NCBI RefSeq assembly: GCF_963921235.1
Contig: NC_086108.1
Coordinates: 96,350,001 to 96,414,000 of the forward strand
DNA: 64,000 nucleotides
Direction of reading: 5' to 3'
DNA from: Mobula hypostoma
Lineage: Eukaryota
Within the stretch, counting starts at the first letter, position 1, and every line of letters begins with the position of its first letter. A program made the translations under genes and the position numbers. The notes beneath the pieces were generated by a model. It had not been told where the DNA came from, searched no databases, and worked only from the letters and a program-made list of their open reading frames with translations. This document shows positions 63,491-64,000 of the stretch, piece after piece.

Positions 63491-64000
63491 GGCCCCACCT
63501 CCCCCTCGTACCCCAGCTGTTACTCATTTTTATGCACACATTCTTTCTCTCACTCTCCTTTTTCTCCCTCTGTCCCTCTGAATATACCTCTTGCCCATCC
63601 TCTGGGTCCCCCCCCCCTTGTCTTCCTTCCCGGACCTCCTGTCGCATGATCCTCTCGTATCCCCTTTTGCCTATCACCTGTCCAGCTCTTGGCTCCATCC
63701 CTCCCCTCCTGTCTTCTCCTATCATTTTGGATCTCCCCCTCCCCCTCCAACTTTCAAATCCCTTACTCACTCTTCCTTCAGTTAGTCCGGACGAAGGGTC
63801 TCGGCCTGAAACGTCGACTGCACCTCTTCCTACAGATGCTGCCTGGCCTGCTGCGTTCACCAGCAACTTTGATGTGTGTTGCTTAAAGATAAACATGAAA
63901 GATTACCTTTGTTTGACACATTGAAACTTACAGTGAAATGCGCCACCATTCGTAACAACGACCAGCACAGTCCAAATATGTGCTGAGGGCAGCCCGCAAG

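Larger units (their letters stand above)
62237..63883. mobile_element. Young Penelope-like (Neptune-type) insertion with inverted arms
   Basis: 13-bp TSD TAAAGATAAACAT (62224-62236, 63884-63896). Minus arm 62237-62934, plus arm 62935-63883. Confidence 0.93.

Noticed and set aside
1..64000. CRISPR array, operon or other prokaryotic system
   Set aside because: No regularly spaced repeat-spacer array and no gene-dense region; the content is vertebrate repeats throughout.

Overview
Repeat-dense, apparently non-coding vertebrate DNA. The repeat mix (HER1/CR1-type LINEs with SGNH-esterase ORF1, Neptune-type Penelope elements, Rex1/Babar and RTE derivatives, V-domain SINEs) suggests a cartilaginous fish, probably a ray (inference). 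No host protein-coding gene could be supported: every long ORF is a decayed CR1, Rex1 or Penelope fragment, or an antisense shadow of one. Also present are a PIF/Harbinger MITE, a Tc1-type non-autonomous element, tiny hAT-type MITEs, a probable solo LTR and a 5S rRNA pseudogene. The most interesting signals are RNA-level or structural: (i) a non-coding RTE-derived element whose 5' end is a degenerate twister-ribozyme-like sequence starting at the expected cleavage site; (ii) more than ten minimal hammerhead ribozyme motifs in Penelope pseudo-LTRs, several inside fold-back insertions with clear TSDs; (iii) local inverted repeats (84-bp hairpin, 419-bp inverted duplication, a 55-bp pair 5.6 kb apart); (iv) SINEs with shared bodies but swapped tails; (v) a repeat-free island with an ETS-IRF composite site. 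All calls are by eye. Element boundaries are approximate unless a TSD or TIR is given, and many small CR1, Rex1 and SINE fragments are not listed individually.
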